A stretch of DNA of 63,565 nucleotides from Isoptericola sp. (GCA_031181105.1 JAPSLD010000001.1:1-63565), one strand, 5' to 3'. Positions 29,175 to 39,331 are shown, counted from the stretch's first letter. Translations and numbers: made by a program. Notes: generated from the sequence alone by a model not told the origin.

Positions 29175-30913
29175 CAGAGCAGCGAGGCAAGGGCTGCCAC
29201 GAGGTCGTCACGCTCCAGGTCCTGGAAGCGTGTGAGCCTGAGACGGCTGGTTGCCACCTGTCCGACGAGACCTCGCGGGCGATGCCATGCAGCAGCCGCG
29301 ACTCCACCGGACTCGTCGTCCTTGTCAGCGACGTTGAGCACCGCGGCCAACGCGGCGTCGTTGTCGGTGAACGACAGGCCGAGGGTGCCCATGACCTGGT
29401 TGTCCATCGCTGCGGCGAGCGCACGGAGTGCCTCGTCGCCGGTGTCACCATCGACGTGCCAGAACACGCTTTGGCCGAGCAGGAAGTCGCGCCCGAGCAC
29501 CACTTCGATGCGGTCGTTGAGACGCGAGAGGATCTCGACGGCGAGAGCCTTGATGTGCTCAGGAGTCGTCCAGCTGTCCGATTCGGCGAGCGTGAAGTCC
29601 TCGGGGACACCGAGGTTCTCCCGCAGCGCGTCGAGGTCGGGTTCGACGAAGATGATCGAGAACCTGCGGCGCAGGGCGGCGTCCAGCGGGGCGACCGACC
29701 GGTCGGCGCTGTTCATCGCCGCGAGGATGTAGAGCGTTTTGGGCAACGAGATGGTGTCGTCGAGTGCGGCACCATCTATCTCGGGACCCAGGTGCCGGTA
29801 GGGCGTGGCAATCTGTGCACCGGAGCCGGGCTTGCCTGGCTCTGAGCGCTTGTCACGGTCGAGGAGTGCCAGCGTGTCACCGAAGATGGCCGCTGCGGAG
29901 CCTCGGTTGAACTCGTCGCACTCCAGCAGGGCGATGTTGCCCTCGGTGGACGCGTGCTGGGCGAGCTCGAGAAGTGGTCCGACATGCGGCTTGACGATGA
30001 CGGACTTGGAGCCGGCGTCGACGTCGGGCAGGAGCCCGATGACGAAGTCCTCGTAGGTGTAAGACGGGTGGAACACCAGGGACCGCACACGCGCGTTGCC
30101 CTCGGGCGCAATGCGCTTCTCCTGGAACGCTCCGTGCAGCATCTCGTCATCGAAGAGCACCTCGGGCTGACCTGCCTGGAACAGTTCGCGGTAGTCCTCC
30201 ATGGCGACCGTCTTGCCGGTGCCTGGAGGTCCGACGAGCAAGACGTTCGGGTTCTCTTCGAGCGCCTCCGCGATCTGCTTGACGAGCTTCTCTGCACGCA
30301 TCGGTACGCCCTTTCTGAAGTCCACGAACCCGCCCGGATCCCGCGTAGACAACGCACGCATCTTCGCGCGAACGACGTCGGGCAGCGTGTCCCAGGAAGC
30401 AAACTCTCGGCCAGGCGCAGGATTCTGCAGCACGACTCGCGCGTGCAGAATCGGCCCTTCGCCGTGGCGGTGGACGGCCACCAGCCACGGATGCTCCCCG
30501 GACTGCTGGAGCGTGTCCAACTGCTGGTCGGCAGCGGCATCGTTCTTGATGCCCGGAGTGCCGGCCAAGGTGGAAAGTGACGTGTCCGTAGGGCTGGGCG
30601 TGAGCTTCCACGGCGGGGGTGCGTTGTCCGTCTCCCAGCGCAGGTTCATGCGCCCGCCTTGATCAGCGAAGTCCGCGGCAGGCTTGATGAGACCGTCCGT
30701 GTACTCACCGCCTGGCCAACGCCAGGTCACGCGCGTCTGCCCGCCTGGTGCGATTCCCAGCGCGCGTTCCAGGGCCCGGGCAAGGTCGCGGCGCGGCTGC
30801 AGGAAGTCCTTGGTGTAGGTGGTGCTCTCCGGGATGCGCCCGTAGGTCGCCTTGAAGGTCGCCTTCGTGTCGGCCTTCCAGAAAAAGACCGCCTGGACGG
30901 GGAGCGCTGTCAC
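29174..30913 (-). CDS. McrB-like AAA+ GTPase with unrecognised N-terminal domain
   Basis: GPPGTGKT, FHPSYTYEDF, DEFNRG, MNSADRS, LRRRF. Confidence 0.88.
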   Translation of the reverse strand: MTALPVQAVFFWKADTKATFKATYGRIPESTTYTKDFLQPRRDLARALERALGIAPGGQTRVTWRWPGGEYTDGLIKPAADFADQGGRMNLRWETDNAPPPWKLTPSPTDTSLSTLAGTPGIKNDAAADQQLDTLQQSGEHPWLVAVHRHGEGPILHARVVLQNPAPGREFASWDTLPDVVRAKMRALSTRDPGGFVDFRKGVPMRAEKLVKQIAEALEENPNVLLVGPPGTGKTVAMEDYRELFQAGQPEVLFDDEMLHGAFQEKRIAPEGNARVRSLVFHPSYTYEDFVIGLLPDVDAGSKSVIVKPHVGPLLELAQHASTEGNIALLECDEFNRGSAAAIFGDTLALLDRDKRSEPGKPGSGAQIATPYRHLGPEIDGAALDDTISLPKTLYILAAMNSADRSVAPLDAALRRRFSIIFVEPDLDALRENLGVPEDFTLAESDSWTTPEHIKALAVEILSRLNDRIEVVLGRDFLLGQSVFWHVDGDTGDEALRALAAAMDNQVMGTLGLSFTDNDAALAAVLNVADKDDESGGVAAAAWHRPRGLVGQVATSRLRLTRFQDLERDDLVAALASLL

Positions 30914-31764
30914 GGGCGCGGACCGCCGAGGATGATCGCCTCGGGGGAGTCAGCCTGCTCGACGTCGCGGCGGTTCTGGGCCGCGACGGAACGTCGTGTA
31001 GTGAAGCGCACGATCTCATTGTCGGGGAACAGGTCTCGGACCTGCTCGGTGTCCCGGTTCGACATCACCCAGCGCACCCCTCGCTCCGTCAGCTGGTGGC
31101 ACAGAGCGGCGAGCTCGGCGAGGTCTGGCGCGCGGAACCGCTTCTCCGTGTACAGGTAAAACTTCGACGTGTCACTGATCGGCAGGTAGGGCGGGTCCAG
31201 GTAGACAAAATCCCCAGCCTTCGGCTTCTCCAGCGTGACGCGGAAGTCGTCGTTGGTGATCGTGGCGCCGATGAGAGCGTCGCTGAGCCGGTGGAGGGTG
31301 TCCTCGTCGAAGCCTCGGAACGGGCGGTCTCCCCACGGCACGTTGAACTGGCCCCACTTGTTGACGCGCCACAGTCCGTTCCAGGCTGTCTGGTTGACGT
31401 AGAGGAACCAGGCCGCCTGGCCGACAAGACTCTCAGGGACTGCCTGCCGCTGGGAGTAGTAGAAGTCCTTGGAGTCGTTGCTCTTGTAGTAGTCGAGCGC
31501 GGCCAGGAGTCCGGCGGGATCCTGCTGGACCGTCCGCCAGACCGTGATGAGGATCTCGTTCAGGTCGTGCAAGTGGGGAGCTCCGGCGATGCGGTCGCGG
31601 ATCGCCCAGAACATGGCGCCGCCACCCAGGAACGGCTCGTGGTAGTCGTCGAACTCCGCCGGTACGTGGGGCAGGATCTTCCCCAGCAACCGCGTCTTTC
31701 CGCCCGCCCACTTGAGGAACGGGCGCAGCGGCGGGGCGGAGACGTCGGTGGGGGCGGCGGTCAT
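30910..31764 (-). CDS. Dam-like (alpha class) DNA adenine methyltransferase
   Basis: FLKWAGGK, EPFLGGGA, YLDPPY, VMSN. Confidence 0.9.
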   Translation of the reverse strand: MTAAPTDVSAPPLRPFLKWAGGKTRLLGKILPHVPAEFDDYHEPFLGGGAMFWAIRDRIAGAPHLHDLNEILITVWRTVQQDPAGLLAALDYYKSNDSKDFYYSQRQAVPESLVGQAAWFLYVNQTAWNGLWRVNKWGQFNVPWGDRPFRGFDEDTLHRLSDALIGATITNDDFRVTLEKPKAGDFVYLDPPYLPISDTSKFYLYTEKRFRAPDLAELAALCHQLTERGVRWVMSNRDTEQVRDLFPDNEIVRFTTRRSVAAQNRRDVEQADSPEAIILGGPRP

Positions 31765-31864
31765 GGGTCGAAGCCTAGAGTGAGGGACCCACGCAGCCGT
31801 GGAGGTGCCCGCCGTGCCGCCGGCGGTGGATCCAGATGTCTGATGCTCCTGCTGTACTTGAGCC

Positions 31865-33142
31865 GTGACAGACGCCCTGACCCTCACGTGGCCCAACCAC
31901 GACCGCCTGCTCATCGCGAGCAACGAGACGGACTATGAGTGGATCGCGGGCGACGCCGAGCCGGTCAAGGCCAAGGACCGTGGTCGCATCGGCGAAGGCG
32001 AGGCAACCGGGGTCGTCGCGTGCGGTGACGGACTCGACGCCCTCGACGCGCTTGCGATCGACGGCAAGCTCATGGACCAGAAGATCCGGCTCGTCTACGT
32101 CGACCCGCCGTTCGGCGCCCAGAAGCGGTTCGGGCATTACCGAGACACACTGTCCACGGCAGCCTGGCTGTCGATGCTCCGCGACCGTCTCGCGGCGCTC
32201 AAGCCGCTGCTGAGCCCTGACGCTTCAGTCTGGTTGCACCTGGACGAGACGATGAGCCACCGCGCACGCCTGGTGCTCGACGAGGTCTTCGGCGAGAGCG
32301 CCTACGTGGCGACCATCGTCTGGCAGAAGCGGCTGACGGTGGAGTCACGCACCGCCGTCTCCGTCTCCCACGACCCGATCCTGGTTTACGCGCCCGCCGG
32401 TCGGAAGCACTGGAAGACCGTGCGCAACCGCATCGCGAGCACCGTGGCTGGAAGCAACCGTGACGGTGACCCGCGCGGCCCCTGGCGTGATGCTCCCTTC
32501 ACCGCACCGGGCTACCGGGCGGGTCAGCAGTACACGATCATCAACCCCGCTGGTATTGAGCTGACCCCACCGCGCGGGCGCTCGTGGTTCGCGACCCGGC
32601 CGGTATTCGAGCGCCTCGTCGCCGAGGACCGCATCTGGTGGACCAAGCGCGGCGCCGGCCAGCCGCGCATCAAGAACTTTGAGATCGACGGCACGCAGGT
32701 GCCCGGCACGATCTGGTCCGGCGAGGAGGTCGGTACCAACGACGATGCCAAGCGTCACCTTGCCGGTCTCTTCGCCGAAGCCGAATCGGTCTTCGATACC
32801 CCTAAGCCCGAGGCGCTCCTGGAGCGCATCATCCACATCGGGTCCAACCCGGGCGAACTCGTCGTGGACCTATTCGGCGGATCGGGCACCACGGCGGCCG
32901 TCGCCCACAAGATGGGCCGCCGCTGGTTCACCAGCGAACGCCTCGTCGATACGGTCAGCAACGTCCTGGTGCCCAGGCTCGCAACTGTGGTCGGCGGCAC
33001 CGACTTCGGCGGCGTGACCACCAAACACGGCTGGGCTGGCGGCGGAGCCTTCGAAGTCGTGCAGGTGCGCCCGCGCCTCGGCCGCGTCCGCGAGTTGCCC
33101 TACGTCGTCGACAGCGCAGCATCAGCGTCACGGAACCGCTGA
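31865..33142 (+). CDS. Beta-class N6/N4 DNA methyltransferase (Mod-like)
   Basis: YVDPPF, FDTPKPEALLERII, DLFGGSGTT. Confidence 0.88.
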   Translation: MTDALTLTWPNHDRLLIASNETDYEWIAGDAEPVKAKDRGRIGEGEATGVVACGDGLDALDALAIDGKLMDQKIRLVYVDPPFGAQKRFGHYRDTLSTAAWLSMLRDRLAALKPLLSPDASVWLHLDETMSHRARLVLDEVFGESAYVATIVWQKRLTVESRTAVSVSHDPILVYAPAGRKHWKTVRNRIASTVAGSNRDGDPRGPWRDAPFTAPGYRAGQQYTIINPAGIELTPPRGRSWFATRPVFERLVAEDRIWWTKRGAGQPRIKNFEIDGTQVPGTIWSGEEVGTNDDAKRHLAGLFAEAESVFDTPKPEALLERIIHIGSNPGELVVDLFGGSGTTAAVAHKMGRRWFTSERLVDTVSNVLVPRLATVVGGTDFGGVTTKHGWAGGGAFEVVQVRPRLGRVRELPYVVDSAASASRNR

Positions 33143-33207
33143 TGTTGCGCGCCGATGGCGCTCGTCGTGGCGGTCGACGCAAGCGTGTAGGACTCGGGTT
33201 GCCGCCG

Positions 33208-34137
33208 CTACGCACCCGAACTGGTTTGCCGCTTTGATCCGGCGGCGAACTGCTCACTGGAGAAGTCGCCGGTAAAGAGATCCTCGTTGAGCAAGCGAAG
33301 CAGCGTCTTGATGTTCTGCTTTGAGAAGTCAAGCTCGCCGCGCTTGATGAACTTGTCCGGTTCCAAGCCCCGCTTCCTCATGGCGGCGCGAAGCTCGCGG
33401 GTTGTCAGAGTCTTGATGTGCGGTCTTCGCAGGATGGCGTGGAACTTGGAGCGGTAGTGCGAGTTCCGCCGCAAGGCGTCGACGAGAGATTCTTTGGTTT
33501 CCTGAGTGATGGGAATGCCAGCCGCGAGTTCATCAACCCAGGTCGAGGTCTTCGACAGGACGGCCTCGGAATCCCTGAACATCAACTCGAACTGCCGCTT
33601 GTCCAAGACGTATGCCCACTCTGGCGTCAAGACCATGTCGTATCGGCTGTCGAACGCGAGGAGCGGGTACTCGACGTGGTCCAGCGTTCCGTCCAGAAGC
33701 CTTGCGACGATGCTCTTCGTGGCGAGCTGGACGGGGTTCCGCTTGCGGATAAACACTGTACGCGAGTCGCCCGATCCGATCACGGCGGCGTAGCAAACGA
33801 GGGGCCTGGTGCGGACTTCGTCATCCGTGGCGAGCGGGAGGGAGCTGCCCATTTCGAGTTGGTCAACGAGTTCAGTGTCGAGGAGTTCGTCTCGTGCTGC
33901 GACGAGATGCGTGTTGTCTTCGATATCGACGTCAGGGCTGTATGGATGTCCGTCGGTCATCGCCGCAGTGGTGTCAGCGGCGGCCTGGCGAAGTGCATCT
34001 TCTACGGCTCCACGGGTCTTGACGAGGCGAGTCACAACTCTGGCTCCAGTGCGCCACGCTACGACCAGTGCCAGTGGACCGCCTGTGTCGATCTGCGGCG
34101 TCCCCAATTGAAGTCCTTTCGGTTGCTTGACCATCAC
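33208..34137 (-). CDS. kwaB: KwaB-like (DUF4868) Kiwa defence protein
   Basis: LAFDSRYDM, FELMFR, LLRLLNEDLFT C-terminus; coupled to a KwaA-like gene. Confidence 0.7.
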   Translation of the reverse strand: MMVKQPKGLQLGTPQIDTGGPLALVVAWRTGARVVTRLVKTRGAVEDALRQAAADTTAAMTDGHPYSPDVDIEDNTHLVAARDELLDTELVDQLEMGSSLPLATDDEVRTRPLVCYAAVIGSGDSRTVFIRKRNPVQLATKSIVARLLDGTLDHVEYPLLAFDSRYDMVLTPEWAYVLDKRQFELMFRDSEAVLSKTSTWVDELAAGIPITQETKESLVDALRRNSHYRSKFHAILRRPHIKTLTTRELRAAMRKRGLEPDKFIKRGELDFSKQNIKTLLRLLNEDLFTGDFSSEQFAAGSKRQTSSGA

Positions 34138-34658
34138 GGCTCCAATGCCGCGTGGTCGACAATCACGTCGTCCGAGATGCGGGATGCTCGCACAGTGTCT
34201 CCCCGTAGAACGCGCTTCTTGGTAATCAGATAGCCGCTATATCCGTTCTCATCCTCGACTGCCAGGACCTTCCATCCCAGGACGAACAGCACCGGGTTGA
34301 CCTGGATGATGCCCGTGCGAACGTGTACTACGCCAGCGACGAGGAAAAACACGCCGTAAGCAAGCAGGTCCCTGCTGCTGGGCTCCGACACGGTGAGAAA
34401 GGGAAGTAGATATCCGGCAAGGTAGGCGGAAGCCTCGCCGCCCGCCGATCTGGCCGTCACGATCACGTAGTCCCCGGCGCTAACGCCTGCTTGCCGTCGC
34501 ACGAGCAGTACGACGGCTGTGACTCCGATGACCGCCGCCGCGAAGCATGCGACCCGCAAGTTTCGCCCATCGAACCGGATCGTGAGCATCACGAACAGCG
34601 GGGCGTACGACGACAGGAACATCACCGGTTTGGTGAGCAGTCCCTCGCCAGCAGCCAT
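34134..34658 (-). CDS. kwaA: KwaA-like multi-TM Kiwa protein
   Basis: FLSSYAPLF, YLAGYLLPF, VNPVLFVLGWKV; about four TM segments. Confidence 0.7.
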   Translation of the reverse strand: MAAGEGLLTKPVMFLSSYAPLFVMLTIRFDGRNLRVACFAAAVIGVTAVVLLVRRQAGVSAGDYVIVTARSAGGEASAYLAGYLLPFLTVSEPSSRDLLAYGVFFLVAGVVHVRTGIIQVNPVLFVLGWKVLAVEDENGYSGYLITKKRVLRGDTVRASRISDDVIVDHAALEP

Positions 34659-34764
34659 GCGCTCACAGTACGAGTTCGGTCCGACAAAGGTCCTCAACTT
34701 GATCGGGTGAGGTGGCCGCCGTCGGGCTACCGAGCGCCGTCGTCACGTCCTTCCATGAAGGCGC

Positions 34765-35712
34765 TCAGAACTTGCCCTTGTCCTCCGGGTGCTTTGCTTC
34801 ATAGTCGCCGCGGAGCTCGTGGATGGACTTCCAGCCGCCGTCACGCGAGGCGTGCCACCAGCGCCATGCGTTCTGCGTCTTGCCAGGAAGCGGGTTGGTG
34901 GCGACCTCCCAGGCGCGATTCGGGCTGATGCAGACCTGCCCGTTGACGATGAGATTGCCGTTGGCGAGCACCTTCGCCTGCACACCTGAGGAACCTCGCA
35001 GTGTCTCGCCATCGCTGAGGTAGCCACGCGCGACCATCCCGGCGATCTTCCCCCAATGTGACTGCCGCCCGCGGCGCTGCTCGAACGGGGGAGCAGAGAC
35101 CGCCGGTGGTGCAGGACGAGCCGCCTCCTCCTGGGCCAGAGAGGGCGGGCGGGCGGCCTCCGCGATCATGTCCACCGCAACCGTCTCAGGGATGTCGGCC
35201 CGAATCTGCACGCGCCCCTTGGTGACGTCGTAGCCGAGCAATCTCAGGACCACCGTCACGTTCGGCAGGACGCCCCGACGCAGACGCGACTTCTCCCGCT
35301 CGGTCGGCGTGTCGTCCGCCGGGGTGTTGTTGTTCTGCGTGACAGCGAACCGGAAACCCGAAAGATGCTGGTAAAGCGCGCCCTCTAGGTAGCCAGCCGA
35401 GGCAGACGTGAACGCGTCGTTCCAGCCCGGAAGGATGACCAGCACCCGGTTCCACCACGACTTGTCCTTCAGGTGGCTAGCGATTCGCTGGGCGACGGTG
35501 CCCGTACCCACCTTGCCGACGTAGAACGTCCACGCCCCGTTCTCTCCCGGCGCAGGCCCGAGCAAGATGTAGGTGTCGAGGGCACCCTCGGCGCTCGCCG
35601 CAAAGGCCCGCTCCAGAAGGACGAACCGGTAGGCCGAGTCTGGTACTCGGAACTCGATGGCCTTCCGCGTGTCGTCGGGGACGATCACCTGAACGTCGAC
35701 GTCTTCACTCAA
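34765..35712 (-). CDS. GIY-YIG-like nuclease with C-terminal RAMA/DUF4357-like domain
   Basis: TYILLG...FYVGK, RIASHLKDKSWW, YLE; C-terminal NGNLIVNG...SPNRA...NAWRWW. Confidence 0.65.
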   Translation of the reverse strand: MSEDVDVQVIVPDDTRKAIEFRVPDSAYRFVLLERAFAASAEGALDTYILLGPAPGENGAWTFYVGKVGTGTVAQRIASHLKDKSWWNRVLVILPGWNDAFTSASAGYLEGALYQHLSGFRFAVTQNNNTPADDTPTEREKSRLRRGVLPNVTVVLRLLGYDVTKGRVQIRADIPETVAVDMIAEAARPPSLAQEEAARPAPPAVSAPPFEQRRGRQSHWGKIAGMVARGYLSDGETLRGSSGVQAKVLANGNLIVNGQVCISPNRAWEVATNPLPGKTQNAWRWWHASRDGGWKSIHELRGDYEAKHPEDKGKF

Positions 35713-35842
35713 TTGTGCCTCCAGCGCACCTGTGGGCTGCGGCTACGAGGGCCGGCTGCTTGCCCAGGTTAACCGCCGGTGATTGGGGGCACTGGCAGCA
35801 GCACGTGGCGGTGCCGTCAGTGGCGGGTGGAATCCTCTGCTC

Positions 35843-36853
35843 ATGCGCTCCGTTGCCGCGTGGCTGAAGCACTGGTGGATCGCCGTAGCGGCGGGTGCGC
35901 TCGGCATCGCAGTTCTCGCTGCTTCGTGGGTCGTTCCCGACCGGCTGAACGGCGACGCTGGCACGTGGTGGGAAGCGGTACTGACGAACGTCGGCGCAGC
36001 CATCCTGCTCATTGCCCCCATTGCCTGGGCCTCGGAGCGACTGACGCGGCAGGTCGAGATCGTCCGCGAGGACGTCGAGGCGAGTCGTGTCGCGACGGAC
36101 GCTGTCCGTGAGGATGTCCGCCGCGTCCGAGAAGAGACCACTCAAGAGGTGGAGGGACTGCGCCAGGAGGTTGCTTCGCTGCGCGACCTCAGTGACAGCC
36201 TTCGTGCGCGTCGTGACGCCGAGATGCAGCGAGAGACCGGGGCGTACCGTCGGCTCGGTCTCGATGGAACCGTGCCAGCGCGCGAGGATGTGATCGAAGC
36301 CTTACGCCTCGCCATCGAGAACGGCGTCGTCGAGCAGCGTTACGGACCTCGGGCAGCGCTGGGACCCGGGCGGAGTGACTACCTCAGGCTTCGATACGAG
36401 CCGAACGACTTCGGCGAGAGCGATCTGTTCTTCGAGGTCATGTCCGTGGAAGGCTGGGTCAAGCGCTTCGTCGCATGGGATGAGGGCGGGTTGATCCAAG
36501 ACGTTCTCTTCGGGGTAACGAAGGCGCTGCGCCAAGAGGGGTTGGAGTCCAGTTTGGATGCTAGTGACTGGTTTCGACGCCTTTCGCAGACCCTGGTCAT
36601 CGGTGCCTCGCACTCGTCGCTACACAAGATCGTCGAACTCCACGAACCCCAGTGGGCGGTCACCCGTGACGGCGTCACTGCGTACGAGGGCGAACGCTGG
36701 TCCCTTGGTCCGGATCAGTTCGACTATCACGAAGTGATGGAGTCTGTGATGAAGGAAGCGTGGGTGGATCCTCGCGCACTCGGCGACGCCATAGCGACGT
36801 GGAAGGCACTCTTCGCCAAGCCGAGCTTGTGGGGCACAGAACCGCCGTTCTAG
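35843..36853 (+). CDS. Hypothetical membrane protein (2 TM, coiled coil, globular domain)
   Basis: Two hydrophobic N-terminal segments followed by an E/R-rich helix. Confidence 0.6.
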   Translation: MRSVAAWLKHWWIAVAAGALGIAVLAASWVVPDRLNGDAGTWWEAVLTNVGAAILLIAPIAWASERLTRQVEIVREDVEASRVATDAVREDVRRVREETTQEVEGLRQEVASLRDLSDSLRARRDAEMQRETGAYRRLGLDGTVPAREDVIEALRLAIENGVVEQRYGPRAALGPGRSDYLRLRYEPNDFGESDLFFEVMSVEGWVKRFVAWDEGGLIQDVLFGVTKALRQEGLESSLDASDWFRRLSQTLVIGASHSSLHKIVELHEPQWAVTRDGVTAYEGERWSLGPDQFDYHEVMESVMKEAWVDPRALGDAIATWKALFAKPSLWGTEPPF

Positions 36854-36919
36854 CGAGTGCCGTTCGCGTCGCAGAGCAGTTCGACTGCCTTGTCAGAGGC
36901 GGCTGGGATTCTCCGAGCC

Positions 36920-37420
36920 ATGGATGAACCAAAGTGCTACCAGCAGGCCGCCGATCGGATTATGGCCGCGATCTACTCCGAAGTGCACTGGCAGGAAGCC
37001 ATCGAGTACGGGCGAGCACGATCGATCCGGCACTTCATCACGTCGGTCGTCCTTGCGGTTGGCGATAGGCCACTCGACCTCGTGGCACTCGACGGCGCGG
37101 AGCACGAGAACGAGCGCTTCGAGCTGAGCGCTGTGATCGTTGCCGGCGATCTGTTGGTCGAGGCCAGCGTCTCTGGAGAGCGTCACGACGACGAGGCCGA
37201 CCTCGCGGTCGAGGCGCGCTCTTTGTGGGAGGTCGAGAAGGTCGGCGTCCTGGCGCGACGCGGCCCCTGGCCTTCGCAGCCGTTGGTCACCCTGCGCTTC
37301 CGTTCTGGCGAGACAATCGTGGTTCCGGATGGTTGTGGATACAGCGCGGCCGAGACTGATGCTCGCGCTGACTTCGCCGTCCGAGTGCACCACCACCTCG
37401 GCAGTTCGGTCACCGACTGA
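36920..37420 (+). CDS. Hypothetical protein
   Basis: Non-repetitive ORF filling the gap between neighbours. Confidence 0.5.
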   Translation: MDEPKCYQQAADRIMAAIYSEVHWQEAIEYGRARSIRHFITSVVLAVGDRPLDLVALDGAEHENERFELSAVIVAGDLLVEASVSGERHDDEADLAVEARSLWEVEKVGVLARRGPWPSQPLVTLRFRSGETIVVPDGCGYSAAETDARADFAVRVHHHLGSSVTD

Positions 37421-37529
37421 TCAATCACTCGTCGTCCGTGCCCGCGCCGTCGAGATGACCGTCTTGGACGCGCCGTCCGGTTGCCTCGTACTGACGCTCG
37501 ACGTACGCCGTAACGCTACGGTCTGCATT

Positions 37530-37823
37530 GTGGCGACGCGGCACGAGTGCCCCCAGTGTGGGCGCAAGACCCAGGTGGGTCCCAATGGCAACTGGTACAG
37601 CCACATGCGGCACGATGACCCGTCCGTCTTGTGCCCGCTGTCCGCTCAGCCTGCATATGGGTACGAGCCGAACCCGGCGAGCCGCTCGATTCGCGCCGAC
37701 GACGTGATCCAAGAGATCGAGATTCCTCCCAAGAAGCCGCTCCGCCCTGTTGTGAAGGGAGCCGAGGAGGGCACCTCCATCCGAACAATCTCTGGCGGGC
37801 TGCCTGGATCCAGGCGCCGGTAG
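37530..37823 (+). CDS. Small zinc-finger-like protein
   Basis: CPQC...H...CPLS; TACGGT -10 before GTG; C-terminal SIRTISGGLPG. Confidence 0.5.
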   Translation: MATRHECPQCGRKTQVGPNGNWYSHMRHDDPSVLCPLSAQPAYGYEPNPASRSIRADDVIQEIEIPPKKPLRPVVKGAEEGTSIRTISGGLPGSRRR

Positions 37824-37860
37824 TCCACTCGCGCTTACGCCAGAAGTGGCGCTGTATCGC

Positions 37861-38571
37861 TCAGTCGATGGGTCGAACGAGGTCAGGACTGTCGTTCTGG
37901 ACATTGCCGACGGCGACACCGACCTTGATGGGTGTCAGGTGTGGCTCTGGCACCTTGGCGAGTAGGGCGTCGACCTCTTCGGTGTCGGTGAGCTCGGGGT
38001 CAAGCCAGGCGTCCCAGAAGTCCGCGGGCAGCAGCAGCGGCGAGCGGTCGTGGATGTGCCCGAGCGTGTCCGTGGCGTTCGTTGTGATGACCGTTAGCGA
38101 CCACAGCCACCTGTCTGCGTCTTCGTCGCCCTTGCTCGGGTCGCGCCACAGTTCGTACAGGCCCGCAGCGGCGAGCGGGGCACCGTCGGGGTCGGTGAGG
38201 TAGTAAGGCTGCTTGCGACCCTCGCCGGACTCGGGTGCCTGCCACTCGTAGTAGCCGTCCATCGGCACGATGAGACGCCGTCGGGACGCCGCGCGTCGGA
38301 AGGAAGGCTTGTCGGTGATGGTCTCGAAGCGGGCGTTGATCATGCGGGCGCCGGTCTTGATGTCCTTGGCCCAGGAGGGCACCAGGCCCCAGTTGAGCGT
38401 TCGCAGCTGGCGGGCCACGTGCCCGGACTGCTCCCGTTCGAGGACCGCGCGGACATCCTGAGTGGGCGCGATGTTCCGAGAGGGTCCGAGTTCCTCGCCG
38501 ACGAGTTCGGCGACATGGAACCGATCTGCGATCTCCTGATCGCGGCGCGCGTTCGCATACCTGCCACACAT
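37861..38571 (-). CDS. SOS response-associated peptidase (SRAP/YedK/HMCES)
   Basis: MCGRY, WGLVPSW, INARFET, GYYEW, IHDRSP. Confidence 0.92.
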   Translation of the reverse strand: MCGRYANARRDQEIADRFHVAELVGEELGPSRNIAPTQDVRAVLEREQSGHVARQLRTLNWGLVPSWAKDIKTGARMINARFETITDKPSFRRAASRRRLIVPMDGYYEWQAPESGEGRKQPYYLTDPDGAPLAAAGLYELWRDPSKGDEDADRWLWSLTVITTNATDTLGHIHDRSPLLLPADFWDAWLDPELTDTEEVDALLAKVPEPHLTPIKVGVAVGNVQNDSPDLVRPID

Positions 38572-38714
38572 GGCGGTCAGTCTCGCTTCGAACGCGACGA
38601 CTGGCTATCAGAAGAGCGCAGCGCAGCGCCGCCGCGATTTGACACGTTTCCGCAGCTCGAGTCAGGATCGCGTCTCCGACTGCGTATAGAAATACGCACA
38701 ACGAAGGAGGACGG

Positions 38715-39281
38715 ATGGGCCAGAAGAGCAACGTCATTCGAGCGGCGGAAGGCATGGTTGTCATGAGGGCAAGTGAGGTGCTCAAGTGCGCACACGCCTT
38801 CATGTACGGCTCGCTCATGTTGGGCGAGCTCCTGCACGCCGACGGTGACGGGCTTCAGATTGATGATGTCTGGGACGCCTACGAAGTGGACTTCGACACG
38901 GCTTCGGCGGCCATGCAGCAGATGTTCTACGCCGCGCACGAGGCTCTTGGTGACTCCACGAGCGCCTCGCTCTTGGATGAGGTCGGCCTCGTGGCCGACG
39001 CGCGCACGTTCGCGGACGAGGCCCTCGTTGACCTGATGGTCTCGAAGCGAGAGGTGGCTCGAACCGCGTTCTTCGGTCTTGCTGTCCTGCTCGATGTCAT
39101 GGACGAGACGGCTGGCTGGTTTGCCAAGGACAAGCCCCGTCGCAAGGCCGCGAAGCGCGCTGCCCAACAGATCGGGTGCGAGCTCGACTTCTTGGGCTCG
39201 GCTTTGAAGGAGGCGCGCACCCTCACTCCAGTCATCTTGATGCGTCTCAGTGACGCGACGGAGTTCGCTCACGCCGCCTGA
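38715..39281 (+). CDS. Hypothetical helical protein
   Basis: AGGAGG RBS; TTGACA at 38639; downstream terminator. Confidence 0.6.
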   Translation: MGQKSNVIRAAEGMVVMRASEVLKCAHAFMYGSLMLGELLHADGDGLQIDDVWDAYEVDFDTASAAMQQMFYAAHEALGDSTSASLLDEVGLVADARTFADEALVDLMVSKREVARTAFFGLAVLLDVMDETAGWFAKDKPRRKAAKRAAQQIGCELDFLGSALKEARTLTPVILMRLSDATEFAHAA

Positions 39282-39331
39282 GTTCGAGTGCCGGGACCAG
39301 CCGGGTGCCTACATAGCGTGACGCGTGCCAC

